The notes beneath the pieces are model-generated. The model was not told the origin of the DNA, searched no databases, and saw only the letters and a list, made by a program, of their open reading frames with translations. Of a stretch of DNA of 64,000 bases, positions 30,511 to 42,300 are shown piece after piece. Source of the DNA: Schizochytrium sp. TIO01 (lineage: Eukaryota; Protista; Bigyra: Labyrinthulomycetes); NCBI GenBank assembly GCA_004764695.1, contig SMSO01000035.1, positions 2,790,001-2,854,000 on the forward strand, given 5' to 3'. The position numbers and the translations under genes are program-made. Numbering within the stretch: position 1 is the stretch's first letter; each line of letters begins with the position of its first letter.

Positions 30511-31400
30511 CTTTGTACTTTTTGTATAAAGTTTTTTCTTTCCTTTTTTTCAATTTTTTATTGTTGGTGACTCCCGGGATGAAGGTGTAGATGAATTGGG
30601 GATGAAGTTGTTCTTGGATATTTAATAATACTAGGGCAGGGAACATGGGTTGTTAGTGGGTTGGTAGAGGAAACAATAGGCTATTTTGAAAGGAGAACTA
30701 GATGAGGTGAGAAGTTGATAGTATGTTGCATAGAGTTTGGTATGGAAAGGTGGGGGCCTTGGAGTTGGATAGTATATTATTGGGAAGGTGATTAGGAGTG
30801 TTAGAGTTTAGATAAAGAAACGCAATTGTGACGAAGTAGAAAGGGAGTTTCATTAGTTCTTGCTATATTCTATTTGGAGTAAGTAAGGAACTGGTGGAGC
30901 TCCCTTTTTTATTTGTCAAAGGAATGGTTTTTTAAGTATTTTCTTTAAGCGAACCCCGGCAAGATCTAGAGGAAGCTTGGAAAAGTTGTCTTGGTTAGCA
31001 TGTTCTTAATCAGAGGAAAGCGTTATCGGAGGTTCGTTTTATGTGTGGTGAGAATCGTAGCAAGTTTTTTATACCACGTGAATTAGGAGTGTCAAAACAC
31101 TGGTATTCTTCCTTAGGAATCTCAGTTTGCCCAACGATAGTGCGTGTTACTCTTGGGTTGGGTTCGATCGCCTCAATCGGGTGATCCTATTTAATAATGA
31201 TCGTTATATCTGATATTTTCTCAAAACCGTGGTCTAAGTTAAGCTGGAAACAAACTCCACAAACCAGTCGCAATTTTGTTACTGCGAAATGATAATTAAT
31301 TGTGCCAAAGGAAATTGGGGTTACTAAACCTCAACTTATGTTGTGGAGTTATTCTTTGGGATGTTAATGTTGTATTATTGGGCCGTGAATAGTCCATTGA

Positions 31401-31479
31401 GCTGTGATGACCGAGCGGTTAAGGTGCCACGTTTAGGCCGTGGTCCGAAAGGACGTGGGTTCGAGTCCCACTCACAGTA
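31401..31479 (+). tRNA. tRNA-Leu(TAG)
   Basis: Acceptor GCTGTGA/TCACAGT, anticodon arm CCACG-TTTAGGC-CGTGG, variable arm TCC-GAAA-GGA, T arm GTGGG-TTCGAGT-CCCAC. Confidence 0.92.
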
Positions 31480-31572
31480 GAAGATTAAGAACAAGCTTTT
31501 GAAGCTTAAAGCCTGTCATTGCTAAACATTTAGTTAAAATGTGGTTTTACGCAACCTGCTGGGTAAAATCAA

Positions 31573-31643
31573 GCTTTCGTAGTTCAATGGTAGAACGTCA
31601 CGTTGTGGCCGTGACGACCGTGGTTCGATTCCGCGCGAAGGCA
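31573..31643 (+). tRNA. tRNA-His(GTG)
   Basis: Acceptor GCTTTCG/CGAAGGC, D arm GTTCAATGGTAGAAC, anticodon arm TCACG-TTGTGGC-CGTGA, T loop TTCGATT. Confidence 0.92.
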
Positions 31644-32418
31644 CTCACCTCAAGATTAGTGAGGTTAACATTTTTGTTGGTTTCTTTTCATACTGATACG
31701 CTTCATATCTTACGGTGTATTTTACTTAAAAGAGGGTACTTGATATACAAGTTCAATAAATGAAAGTTCAGTTCATTTTTTAATGATTCTTTTTTCATAC
31801 TGACAACTGATGTATTGAATGTTTTTAATGAATGTTTCAAAAATGGAAAAGCTATCCTTCAATGCTTGCTAGCTTGCAAACCAAAGGATAGGAGACAGTA
31901 TTCGGAAAGACACTACAGTCTGGCTGATTACGTTGGGGTTTAGAATTCTATGTACTACACAAGTACCTCCGGTTTGATCTACACTTCTGCAAGGCATCGC
32001 TGATTAAGCTAAACTTTCTTTGGCACTTGTTTCCTTGGCACTTGTTGAAGGCCTCTTCATTTTTATCGTAATAGTTCTATGATTTTGATTTCTACAATTT
32101 GAATAATCGGTTCTGTTTTCCCTCGGATGTTTGAATTAGACTAATGTACAGTTATACGTTTGAGTGTACACAGTTTCAAACTAAGGTCTTGATGATTTGC
32201 TGTAAAAATAGTGCTGTGCTGTTTAAAACCATAGCCTTTTAAGAGAACATGGAGAATCGATTAGCTTACAAACAAATTTCACAAGGATATAACAGGAATT
32301 TGGCTACTTCCTGTACGAGTTTCCGTGGTTTTGCTTTGGCAAAACTGAAACGCAGGTCAAGCATCTGATCCCACAGTTACTTTCTCTAAAACAAAAAGAA
32401 ATACACTTTGGGTTCCAG

Positions 32419-32492
32419 AATCTCCGGCGGGACTTGAACCCACGATCTCCTGATTCGTAGTCAGGCACCTTATCCAACTTGGCCACGGAGAC
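32419..32492 (-). tRNA. tRNA-Arg(ACG)
   Basis: Reverse complement GTCTCCGTGGCCAAGTTGGATAAGGTGCCTGA-CTACGAA-TCAGGAGATCGTGGGTTCAAGTCCCGCCGGAGATT. Confidence 0.93.
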
Positions 32493-34279
32493 AACTTGCT
32501 AAGTTAGAAGTGGGACTTGTTGCTGTCAAAGATATGTTTTCCTCACACTCTACCCTGACCCTGGGGGAACTTTATTGCACAAAAGTTTAAAGCTGACCGT
32601 TACTTTAAGCAAAATCAAATTTACATATTGGCATAAATATTTTGCACAAGGATGAAAAGTTTTGAAGCCCATTTTAGCTAACGACCCTTTTGCCCTCTAC
32701 AAGGCACGTGGGCGTAAAGAAGCGAGGCACTACGCAATTATTGATTGAAAGTTCTTTTTAAATATTATAAACCTTCTCACTCGAAGGTTTATTTAATACC
32801 CCTTTTCCTGTAAATTAAAACAAATACTATAATAGAATTCTCAATGTTTTTATTTTATTTTATTTTATTTTAATAAAAGAGTGAACTAAATTTAATAAAA
32901 TGGAAGTAAAAAAACAAACAATAAAACTTAAAACTTAAAACTTAAAAGAATGTTCTTCATTTTAAAACCGAAGAGCGGGGTCCGAATAAAGCGATTCGTA
33001 CTTTCATAAATTGGTCATTACAAATGTGTAAAATTGGTGAAGTGGAAAGAGAATGCCACCCAATACGGCGAAGTTGACCTTTGCTCAAGTTTACTGCAAT
33101 GCCAGGTATCCCAATATATCTGTTGTGACAATATGTGGAGCAACGATTGTGATGAAGGTGTGTAGTAAAAAGGAATTCATGCTGCTTTATATAATTGAAA
33201 CATGAAGATACTCATGAGGCGAGAACCTTTGTGATCTAAAATAGAAGAGTTAGTATCGAAATGTCCTCTCTGATTTGTTGGTCGCACTGGGCCCAATGGT
33301 TGGTTACTGCGTATTGTATAATTGGATGCGACACTTTATGCAGCTTCACATTGTTACACTACTCTTCGATTCGGAATAACTGTATGTTAAGTTAACAACG
33401 ATACTTATTTAAAGAACTTAATTGAAAAATTATATAAAGACAAATTAAATCAAAATTTATAGTTTCAATTAAATTTTAAAACTTATTTCAATAAATGTCT
33501 TTGTTTTAATTTCTATTATTATTTAAAGTGCTTTTTAATACTAATCATTCTATTAATAGTAAAGTGAATTGGTGGAGCATATCAAGATGCCGTATCCCAT
33601 CGAGAGTATTCATTGCAACGCTTTTCAACGTCAAAGACATATGTTCTCCTGCAACGTATTCTTCACGGTACCTCTTGGCATGAAGACACCGTATTCGCGT
33701 GGATTGCTTGTTCCCATCTTACGGTCATTAACTACACGATCAACAATTACATCACAAATTGTATACAAGGTGTTACTAATGCATAATGGATGCTTCGTTG
33801 TTTTGAGCATAGTAATACGTAATGTACAAGAATAAAAACGTCCACTAGCGTTTGATCGATTATATTATTGTTTTGCTTCAAGCTTGGAAAGTAATGAACA
33901 TTCAGATAGTCTAGATTTATTGCTGGAATTAAATGAAGCACCATCCCTCAGTGGTCCTTTCATATGATTCTTGCAAGAACAAGACAATTTTCATTTCCTT
34001 CTCGTAAAGGACTGAAATATATTTGTAAACGTCGGAATTCACTGTGTGAGATCTTCCAGCCTCAGTAACTTCATCACACTTGCCATAATAATTTAACTCC
34101 TTGTAGATATTTGAAACATTTCTTTACCACTTAACTAATCTACAAGAGATGTTTTACTTTTCTCTATCAGCAAGAGTACTGATAAGCATGGAATGGATGC
34201 AGTTTTAAAATAGTTCAAGGTACGATCTAAAAAACACAAAAAAATACAAAAAACTCATTGTTTAATATTAAATTAAACT

Positions 34280-34503
34280 TTTTATTTTGAAAAGTTAAAG
34301 ATTTTAAACCTAAAGTAAAAGTTTAACTATAACAAAACAATTTTATTTTCTGTTTTAATACATTTTTGTTTTAAATCTTTATAAGTTTAAAAGAGTTTAA
34401 ACGTTTTATTTTGAAAAGTTAAAGATTTTAAACCTAAAGTAAAAGTTTAACTGAAACAAAACAATTGTTTTAAAATTCTGTTTTAATACATTTTTATTTT
34501 TAA
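34280..34503. repeat. AT-rich ~124-bp tandem duplication
   Basis: ttttattttgaaaagttaaagattttaaacctaaagtaaaagtttaact...ttctgttttaatacattttt occurs at about 34280 and about 34404. Confidence 0.8.
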
Positions 34504-37500
34504 AAAGAGTAAAATTATTTGCAATGGCAAATTTTAAATTGGCAGAAATTGTTGATGTAGCCTGAATGAGATCTTTTAGAGACTTAACGAGTCTTAACGA
34601 GTTTGCTGCTGTACAAAATAGAGCATTTTCAGATAAAGGGTTGCACAATAGTATAGGCGCAGCTACTTAGACAGGTTATAAGCCGACTTGCTATGTAGAA
34701 GCTCAATCCAAATGAAGCACTGGTGTGTAAACTTTCCGAAACCCATATTTTTTTAGCTCGTTAAGCATTTTCAAATTGGTTGTAAAGCTGCTCAACGTTG
34801 TTTGCTGCAGCATGCCTTCTAGGAATCACGTTTGTCTTTCAAAGTTCCGTGCTCAGAGCACTCTGCAGTATGGTGATGATGTAGATTTGTTCGACGGGAG
34901 GGCTCTGTCGAACAAAGAAATTATCAAAATTGTGCTTCCTTAGAGAGTAGACCTTTTGTATGACGTCATCTATCAAAAGAACATTATCGGGGCCATTTCG
35001 CGAATGTTTTGGGCAGCCGCAACAACGTCAAGCTTTTGTTTTGCTGAGTCTCGTTCAAAAAGTTAAAAAAAAGTTGTTTTTGTTGGAGGCAAACTCAGTT
35101 TAAAATTCTCTCAAGTGTTGTACGTTCGATGAAGGCAAGTAATACAAATTTCCATAAGACTCTGAATCAACAATCGTGTAATATATACAAATGATTTTCA
35201 GTGTAGTAGCAGAACTTAACAGCACGCCTGTATGGATTAGAGTATTTATTAAAAACGATATCATGGAGCTTGGTGCAAACGACAGAACACCACAAAATAT
35301 TTCTAAATAGCTTCGCGGACGTTCGAAATACGATATGTTGCAGCTTTTTCGAAGCAAGTCCTTTGGCAACCGGAAATACTAGTCAAATATGTGGTAAGTA
35401 CGCTTCGTGCATGCACATCAGATTACTTCGATAGCATCAACATAGAAAACCTGATTTGAAGGGGAAACAGTGCAATAAGGAATTGCACAAAGAATCGCGA
35501 ATTGAGAACTACCAGTTATTTTGTGACTAGTCCCTTTCATGGTTAAGAAAGGTCATTTGTTAATTTGGAGATGCCGCAAAGAGGAACTCATAAAGGATTT
35601 CTTATTTCAAAAACGCATTTCGTGAGAGCACCCCCTAAAATATAAAGAAGCAGCTATCGAACGATTTGCAACTTAATCTTTGACAGTGATGTGTTTGGGA
35701 GAAAGCTGTGTGCAAAGGTCCAGTGAAGGAATCGCAGGCACTCATTTATTCGTCGCAACTGATATGTTTCAAAATACTTCAAAATTTGCAGTCATCGTAC
35801 AGATTCGAAAGGAAAGAAGAAACTCTTTCTCCAGTTCAGTAGAAGATGCTGAGCGGTCAAAACATGCAATATCTTGCTTTGACGGTAGTGTAGGTAAAGT
35901 TGTTGCTGGGCAATCATTGTTCTCAACAGTAGAATTACAAGTTCTAATTTATTTGCTAAGGTTCTGTTAGTCCTAGTTAGACAATTCTTCAAATGAAGTT
36001 CTAGATAGATTAAACTCTAGTCTGTATTTTCATTTCTATAATGAAGTGCGGGAAGATCAAAAGGAAAAGCATCAGAACTTGAATCAAATCATAGAGGACT
36101 GCTCTAGGCGCCCCGGCCGTGAGCAGGTAGACCATAGTGGGTGGTTCGCTTGGCCTTAGCAAAGATGCTGGGTTGACTACCTGCGCTTGTAGGTTGCTTC
36201 CGGTTCCTTCTGCTTTGCCTCCAAACGAACGAAGCTGATGAGATCACATCAACCTTGGCTCTGCGAGACTTGGACGAGGCTCGAGCTCCTGCCAGCACCG
36301 CTGCTTTGGCAAGATGGGTCTCTGTATCCGCCAGCGAGCACAGAGTTAAGTGAGAACCTTTGTTTCTAAATTATAGAAGGTGTTAGAAAGGTCTGTGAAA
36401 CAAGTGAGGTCTTGTTGGAGAATCAGCTGTCCACCTGAAAGGAGGTCTGCCACCAAGCCTAAACCATGGCCTCTGGAGAAAGAAATCAATGCTGGGTCAT
36501 AAGCCTGGTCATTCTCACTATGCGGCTATTTTGCTCGTTGGTATGTTTTTGTAAATTCGCCGCTGACTAGAGTAATGAACAATTATTCATAAACACGAGC
36601 GACTTCACGGGTCGCAAAAATATTCAAAGTGATCTGCACATTTTGGCCAGGACAATAGCATTGCGAGACTTTTTGAAAAAAAGATTTTTTTAATATGGTT
36701 CCTCTACAGTGTAGAACCTTTTACGACACAAGCAATTACCGCGGTGACCATTGCAAATGTTAAAAGTGGCCATGAACTTCGCAGTGCATTTAATTGGTCC
36801 ACATGTAGATGCCATTTTCCCGTATTGTTGTTCGCACTGAGCTGTGCACGAAAAGCAGTCAACTGTACATTGGAATTATACTGTTGCAACAATAACAACG
36901 TTCTGTTGAATTTTATGCTAGCTAAGTTATGGCTTTGGTTTATTGGTCTAATGAATATGTTCCTTGTAGTAGGTATCTGCCGAAGTACCAATACCAACTT
37001 AGTTTAGGAAAAACGAAAAATAAAACGTCGTACATCACCAGATGGCCAAAGTTTCTCCTCTAAAAATCTAGATCAATTCAGGTCGCTGGATCATTGTAAC
37101 AAAATTCTTGGTACCTGACTTTGTTTCGAAAAATAGTAAATTAAACACGGCTGTCTTCAGGGAAGCTACTGAAAATTTTATTTCCTCAAATCTGCTGCTG
37201 AAGGGTATCTTTAATATATACGACTTTTGTGCTGTTGCCTTAAGCTTGTCACCCAGGCAAAGGGAGAAGAGAAAAAGTGCAGCCTCGGGCAAGCGAATGG
37301 AGTATCAAATAAACAATATATCTCGATTGATTGCGGCGACGAGAATGATATTTGAAAAGCAAGTACGACCTTTTCTGTGGAACCTCTATTTATTCTACCG
37401 AGATCTTAAATTTGTTCCATTCATTTGTTTCTGCAAGCGTACTTTCCAGAGAATGCAGTTACTGACCATGGCTTTCCTAAGTAGATCACCGATTGATGCA

Positions 37501-37754
37501 AAGTAATTTCGATTCTTTATCTCTTTGTGCCTAACTTTTAATGCATTGCAAAAAATAGGATACATCAATTTTCAGATTCCCTATCAATTTTTTTAATTCG
37601 GGAATGTTGATAGTAAGCCAACGTCACCAGTACGTATGTCAAAAATGAACAGATTAACCCCGCTTTGTGTGGAGAACTGATATCATTGCTCAATTATTAG
37701 TGATTCATATCAAAGTACCAAAAATGAGTGGTTTGGGAAAAAATTGCAAAAAGA

Positions 37755-37872
37755 ACATTCAACACCGGGGCTTCGCATGCAGTCCCCTATCATACTACTG
37801 ACCCGGCCCTACGCGACTTTACTTCTCAGTGCGAATGAGATGAGGTGTTACCCGCGTGGTATGATCGAATGT
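37755..37872 (-). rRNA. 5S rRNA (copy 2)
   Basis: Same 118-nt sequence as 16953-17070, with different flanks. Confidence 0.93.
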
Positions 37873-39322
37873 GAACTGATAAGTCGAACTCTAGCATTTA
37901 TACTCCAGACCTCTATTTCATTCTATAAAAAGTAACAACGCAGAAAGTAGCTTTCCTTCGAGTCTCTCTGGCCTGCCATGAAGACAAAAGCTTCCTTGCA
38001 GGCTTTCTGTTACAGAGTGCTTTATTTGCCTTTGTTGAAATACAAGCTGATGCCGAGCAACAGTAAAGTTAGTGAGAAGGAAAACTGACACCATGACTTC
38101 GCAAGGCTCAAAGGAACACCTTCATGACCAGATCATGGTGAAGCGTCAGTCAACATAGTGATGCGTCTATGTCAGGGAGGGAAGGGCACAAAGCAAGCCT
38201 CAAAATGACAAGGCAATTCGACGAGATTCGTAAAGCTGTAGGTCCTCTACCCTCCTGGTTGAGTTGAAACACACGCATTTCGAGCATTCGATTATTTATT
38301 CTGTGCATATTACAAATCGTGTGCATAGTCAAGAAATGCTTCATATTTCTTTCCCTAGCACGAAGTTATCCGCCATGATTGAGAATTCTAAAGCTGTCTT
38401 GCATAGGTTAATGGTTATAAGTAGTTGCTTTAGTCTAGTTTGCACAGTTTTAAATAAATACATTTAGAAAAAAAATGAATCTTTACAATGTTCTTTAGTT
38501 GTGGTGTTCCGCATTATTGAGTTAATGCAGGTCAGAAAAAAAAAAAATAAAAATAAAAAAAATTGAAACTGGTATACTTGTTGTTTCTTGCATGGTTTGC
38601 CGTTCTGTGGTAGAAGGAAAGGTCACACTTGTTAACTTCAATATGTTCCTTTGCGTGTCCGAATCTCACCGATATAGTTCGACTCTCTCCTTCTGAAGAT
38701 TCTTCCTTTCACAGATGCAAGATGTTCTACGTTCAGGATTAAGCTTGCATTTGTGTATTTCCTAGGAAACATCAAAGAGATAATTCCCCAAGCTGGAGAC
38801 AAGAAAGAAAGTTACTGGGCGCTACTATTCCTAATGAGTTAATAATATCTCGTGTTACAAAGTTTACTATAACGAGAAGTGCGTATAAAAGCAAATGAAG
38901 AGACTAGCCAAGCACGGTTGTGCGCATTCTGTTTGGCTGTGTACTCACATGTGTCTCAACTGCTTTGAAACTGACTCGAACAGAATCCTTAATGTGTGTT
39001 TGTAGAACAAAACAATCTTCAGTGGGACACCATCACAGAGATCTCGTGGGAGAAGTAGACCGCTTAACACTTTCGTTGACACTCTCAGCACATGTTGCTT
39101 AAATATGTATGTTTCCCTCTTAGAGGTATATTGCAAGTTAGCGTGAGGCGATCACCAAGAGATAGTGTAGGTAGAGAAATGAAGGAAAAGAAAAGTTAGA
39201 ATTAATATTCAGGAACTGCTGACAAGGCCCATTGTCAAAGTCTATGGGCAGAGAGCAGTTGCTTTTTTGCATTCTAGTCAACGGCGCTTAAGCAAAAGAT
39301 AATCATTTAAAATTCGATTAGT

Positions 39323-42300
39323 TTATTCCAATCTAAAGTTTGCGCCAACAATATCTGGTGTTAGCAAAGGTGACAATAACTCTCTCAGAACGAGTCGAAG
39401 ATTTCTATCCTGAATTTGTGCATTCCAGTACTCACGCAGACGTTCTGCGCGGAGCAACTGCCACGCCTCACGAACCTGCTCAAATGAATCAGGAAAAAAT
39501 GGATCTTGCCCAAGCTTTTTCAAGCAAGTTCTCACATGAGCATGACAAGCTCGTGAATTCTGAGAACTAAACTCAAGACACCAAGCGCAGAAGTGATGAC
39601 CACAAGTATCAGTACCACACTTTACAGCGCAGCAACCGGCAAAATCGTGTACATATGCCTTACAGTTTGGACAACATGTGCTCAAGATCTTCTCTTGAAT
39701 ATGGAGTAAATGCCGTTGTGCGTCGCGATTCTGTTCATCTGCACGCAAAACTTCTGCTATGCGCCTTTGGATCTCCTTCTCCGCCCAAACTGCTGCTTCA
39801 TTTTCTGCCTTCATCTTCGCAATCAACAAAAGATGATTCAAAGCTGTTGGTGCAAGACGAGTGATTTCTTGACCTGATATTCTTCCCCCACATTCAGGTT
39901 TCATGCATGTCATCGTTCCATCAGCATCCACTCTTACGTTAGCAAGTGGCTGTGACGCCGCTTCTACTGCAGATTTGATACAGTCTCTGCAAAGGAAGTC
40001 TCCCTCCTCGCAGCTCGTGCCCTCGGAAAGCAGATGCTCCTCCATGCATACTAGACATATCTTGACAGGGATCTTAGGAGCTCCAAAAGCTTCATGTTGG
40101 AGTGCTTGGTGAGCAGTTGGACGCTGGCCAGGGTCTGTTGCTGTAAGAGCATCGATAAGTGTCTGCATTGCAGCGGTTCGCTCAGTAGGATACAGCTCCT
40201 TTAAGCTGATGCCCACAGAGTACATGTCCATCGCTGTTTCAAACCTATCTACAGGCCCATTCTGCAACTCGGGGGCAACGTACCGTGGCGTTGCCTGGAG
40301 TGATGTGTAAGTTGCAGTGTAGTCTGCAACCTTGATGCCGTCAAAGTCGCCGATCAATGGTGTCCCGTTGCTTGTGAGAAAAATGTTTTCTGGTTTGATA
40401 TCACAATGCACAATGCCATGGGTATGCAAATCCGCCACACCGATAAGCAGGCCCATAGCAAGTCGGTCGCGCACTGCTTTGCCTTCGTTAGGATGACTCT
40501 CAATCCACTTGGCAAGGTCACCTTGCTCGTAGAAAGGCATGAGGATACATCCACGCGGTTCTCCATTAGAGGTATCCACAAAAGCGCCAGTGATACGTAT
40601 CACGTGCTGAGACACCACGTTTCCCATATTTGCAGCTTGCCTGTAAAATATTTTGTGTTGGCTCGAATGGCCGAGTTGAAATTGTTTCAAAACCATAGTT
40701 TTACCAACGTTGTCAAGAACCTTTTGTACTCTCTTGCCACCTCTGGAAGCAAGGGGTTCGCGGACAGGCTTGAAGTCCGCGGCTGTGACATTCGTTAACC
40801 AAAGGTCAGAACATGCTACTTCAAAAACACCCTCTGCACTTACGTGAAGCCTTTCCAGCCAGGCTCTATCTTGCAGCAACTCTGGATAATGTTCCTGCGC
40901 GTGTTGCAGAGTCTCAGCAAGCTTATGACGAAAAGCTTTGCTAAGGTCGATAGGGTTGCCTTGAGAGAGAATGAGCTCTTGGTTTTTCATTCTATTTCTA
41001 AAATATGCTTGATCTTCCTCATCCAGGTCCTCAGCCACTAGTTCTGCTTCGGCGATTTTTAATCTTTCTGTGGCTTTCCTTGACTTGTCGAGTTTCTGGT
41101 ATAATGCTTCAACATCTGAGACAGAAGGTTCTTTCAAACCCAGTACTACATAGTCATACAGTCCAGAGAGCTCTTCTGGTGCGCACTTGCTCGCTTCATT
41201 CAACGCAGCACTTTTAGAATATCCTTCAAATCGAGCAAATGTTACACTTATTGCGCAAAGTATTTCGGACAACTGGGCACGAAGTATATCTCCTTGTAGA
41301 GCTTCGATTTCTTCTTGAAGAGCACGCTCAAGTTCAGACAACTCCGGTTTTAGCTCCATGGCCTGCTCCGGTGTCCTCAGGGCAACCAATAATCCATCAC
41401 CAAGCTTCAGCTCAGACAATCGAGAGATGACGCGCTTTACAGCTTGTTGGCTTCGTTCACCAATGTTGTTGGATTGTCCTTCTCCACTCCTCTTATACTC
41501 TTCGACGCATTTGACAGCCTGAACAACGAGTTCTTGGCAGTGTTTAAAGTCATCTGTGCTGGTCTCTTCCGTGACTGGCGCAGGTTTGATATTTAGATGA
41601 TCTACCAAACTTTCGACTTTCACTTTGAAATCTCGCCCTATATCTTCATCACTTTCGCAAAGTTTTGCGCGAACCCATGGGTACACAACCTGCAAAAGCG
41701 AATGCAGGCGACTTCGTTCGGCGTTCCGCTTTTCGATGAGGCTGGACAAGCCATCAACAGAGCTTGCACGAATCTTGCCTTGTAGTGCGTCAAGACCCTC
41801 TTTGGAGTTCTTGATGTCAGCGGAAAGCTGTCGCAACTTCACTTGGCCAAAGTAGCCCTGGATCGCCGGTCCTACGAATTCCTCAAGCAAGGCAATCCCA
41901 GTCTGCAGGGAGTTTTCTCTGACCCCGCCTGGGTCCGCGCGCAAGTCCGAGACTTTTTTGGCAAGCTGCACCACATCAGCGAAACTCACGCTCCCTCCAT
42001 CCGGCCGTTCTCTGAGGTGGACAAAAAGACGTAAACAAACGAGCAAAGTGAAGACATTTGAAGCAGCAACAGAGGCAGAAGCAAAAGTTAGGATCTCCAA
42101 AATATCTCAACAACACAATTTGTGGAATGAATGATCACACGATCCCTAACAAAAAACGCATGAACTTACCCAGATATGTTCTCTCCAGGAGAACGCACCC
42201 TTTCGAACAATTCTTTAAAAGACAAATATACATCATAGAGACTGCGTCTTGTAAACGAATAAAAAAACGAACGAAAGAGAATAACAGTACTTGATAGAAT

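Noticed and set aside
31128-31185. tRNA-like fragment (gggttcgatcgcctc) upstream of tRNA-Leu
   Set aside because: Only a T-loop-like motif; no D arm or anticodon arm could be built.
33000-37510. Scattered 60-130-aa ORFs between the tRNAs and 5S copy 2
   Set aside because: No recognisable motifs and no consistent frame or splice pattern. Possibly pseudogene debris, but unsupported.
42012-42100. Hydrophobic N-terminus (MEILTFASASVAASNVFTLLVCLRLFVHL) suggesting a signal or transmembrane segment on the kinase ORF
   Set aside because: It lies inside a predicted intron (donor at 42169, pyrimidine tract, CAG acceptor at 42012-42014), so the protein is more likely cytosolic.
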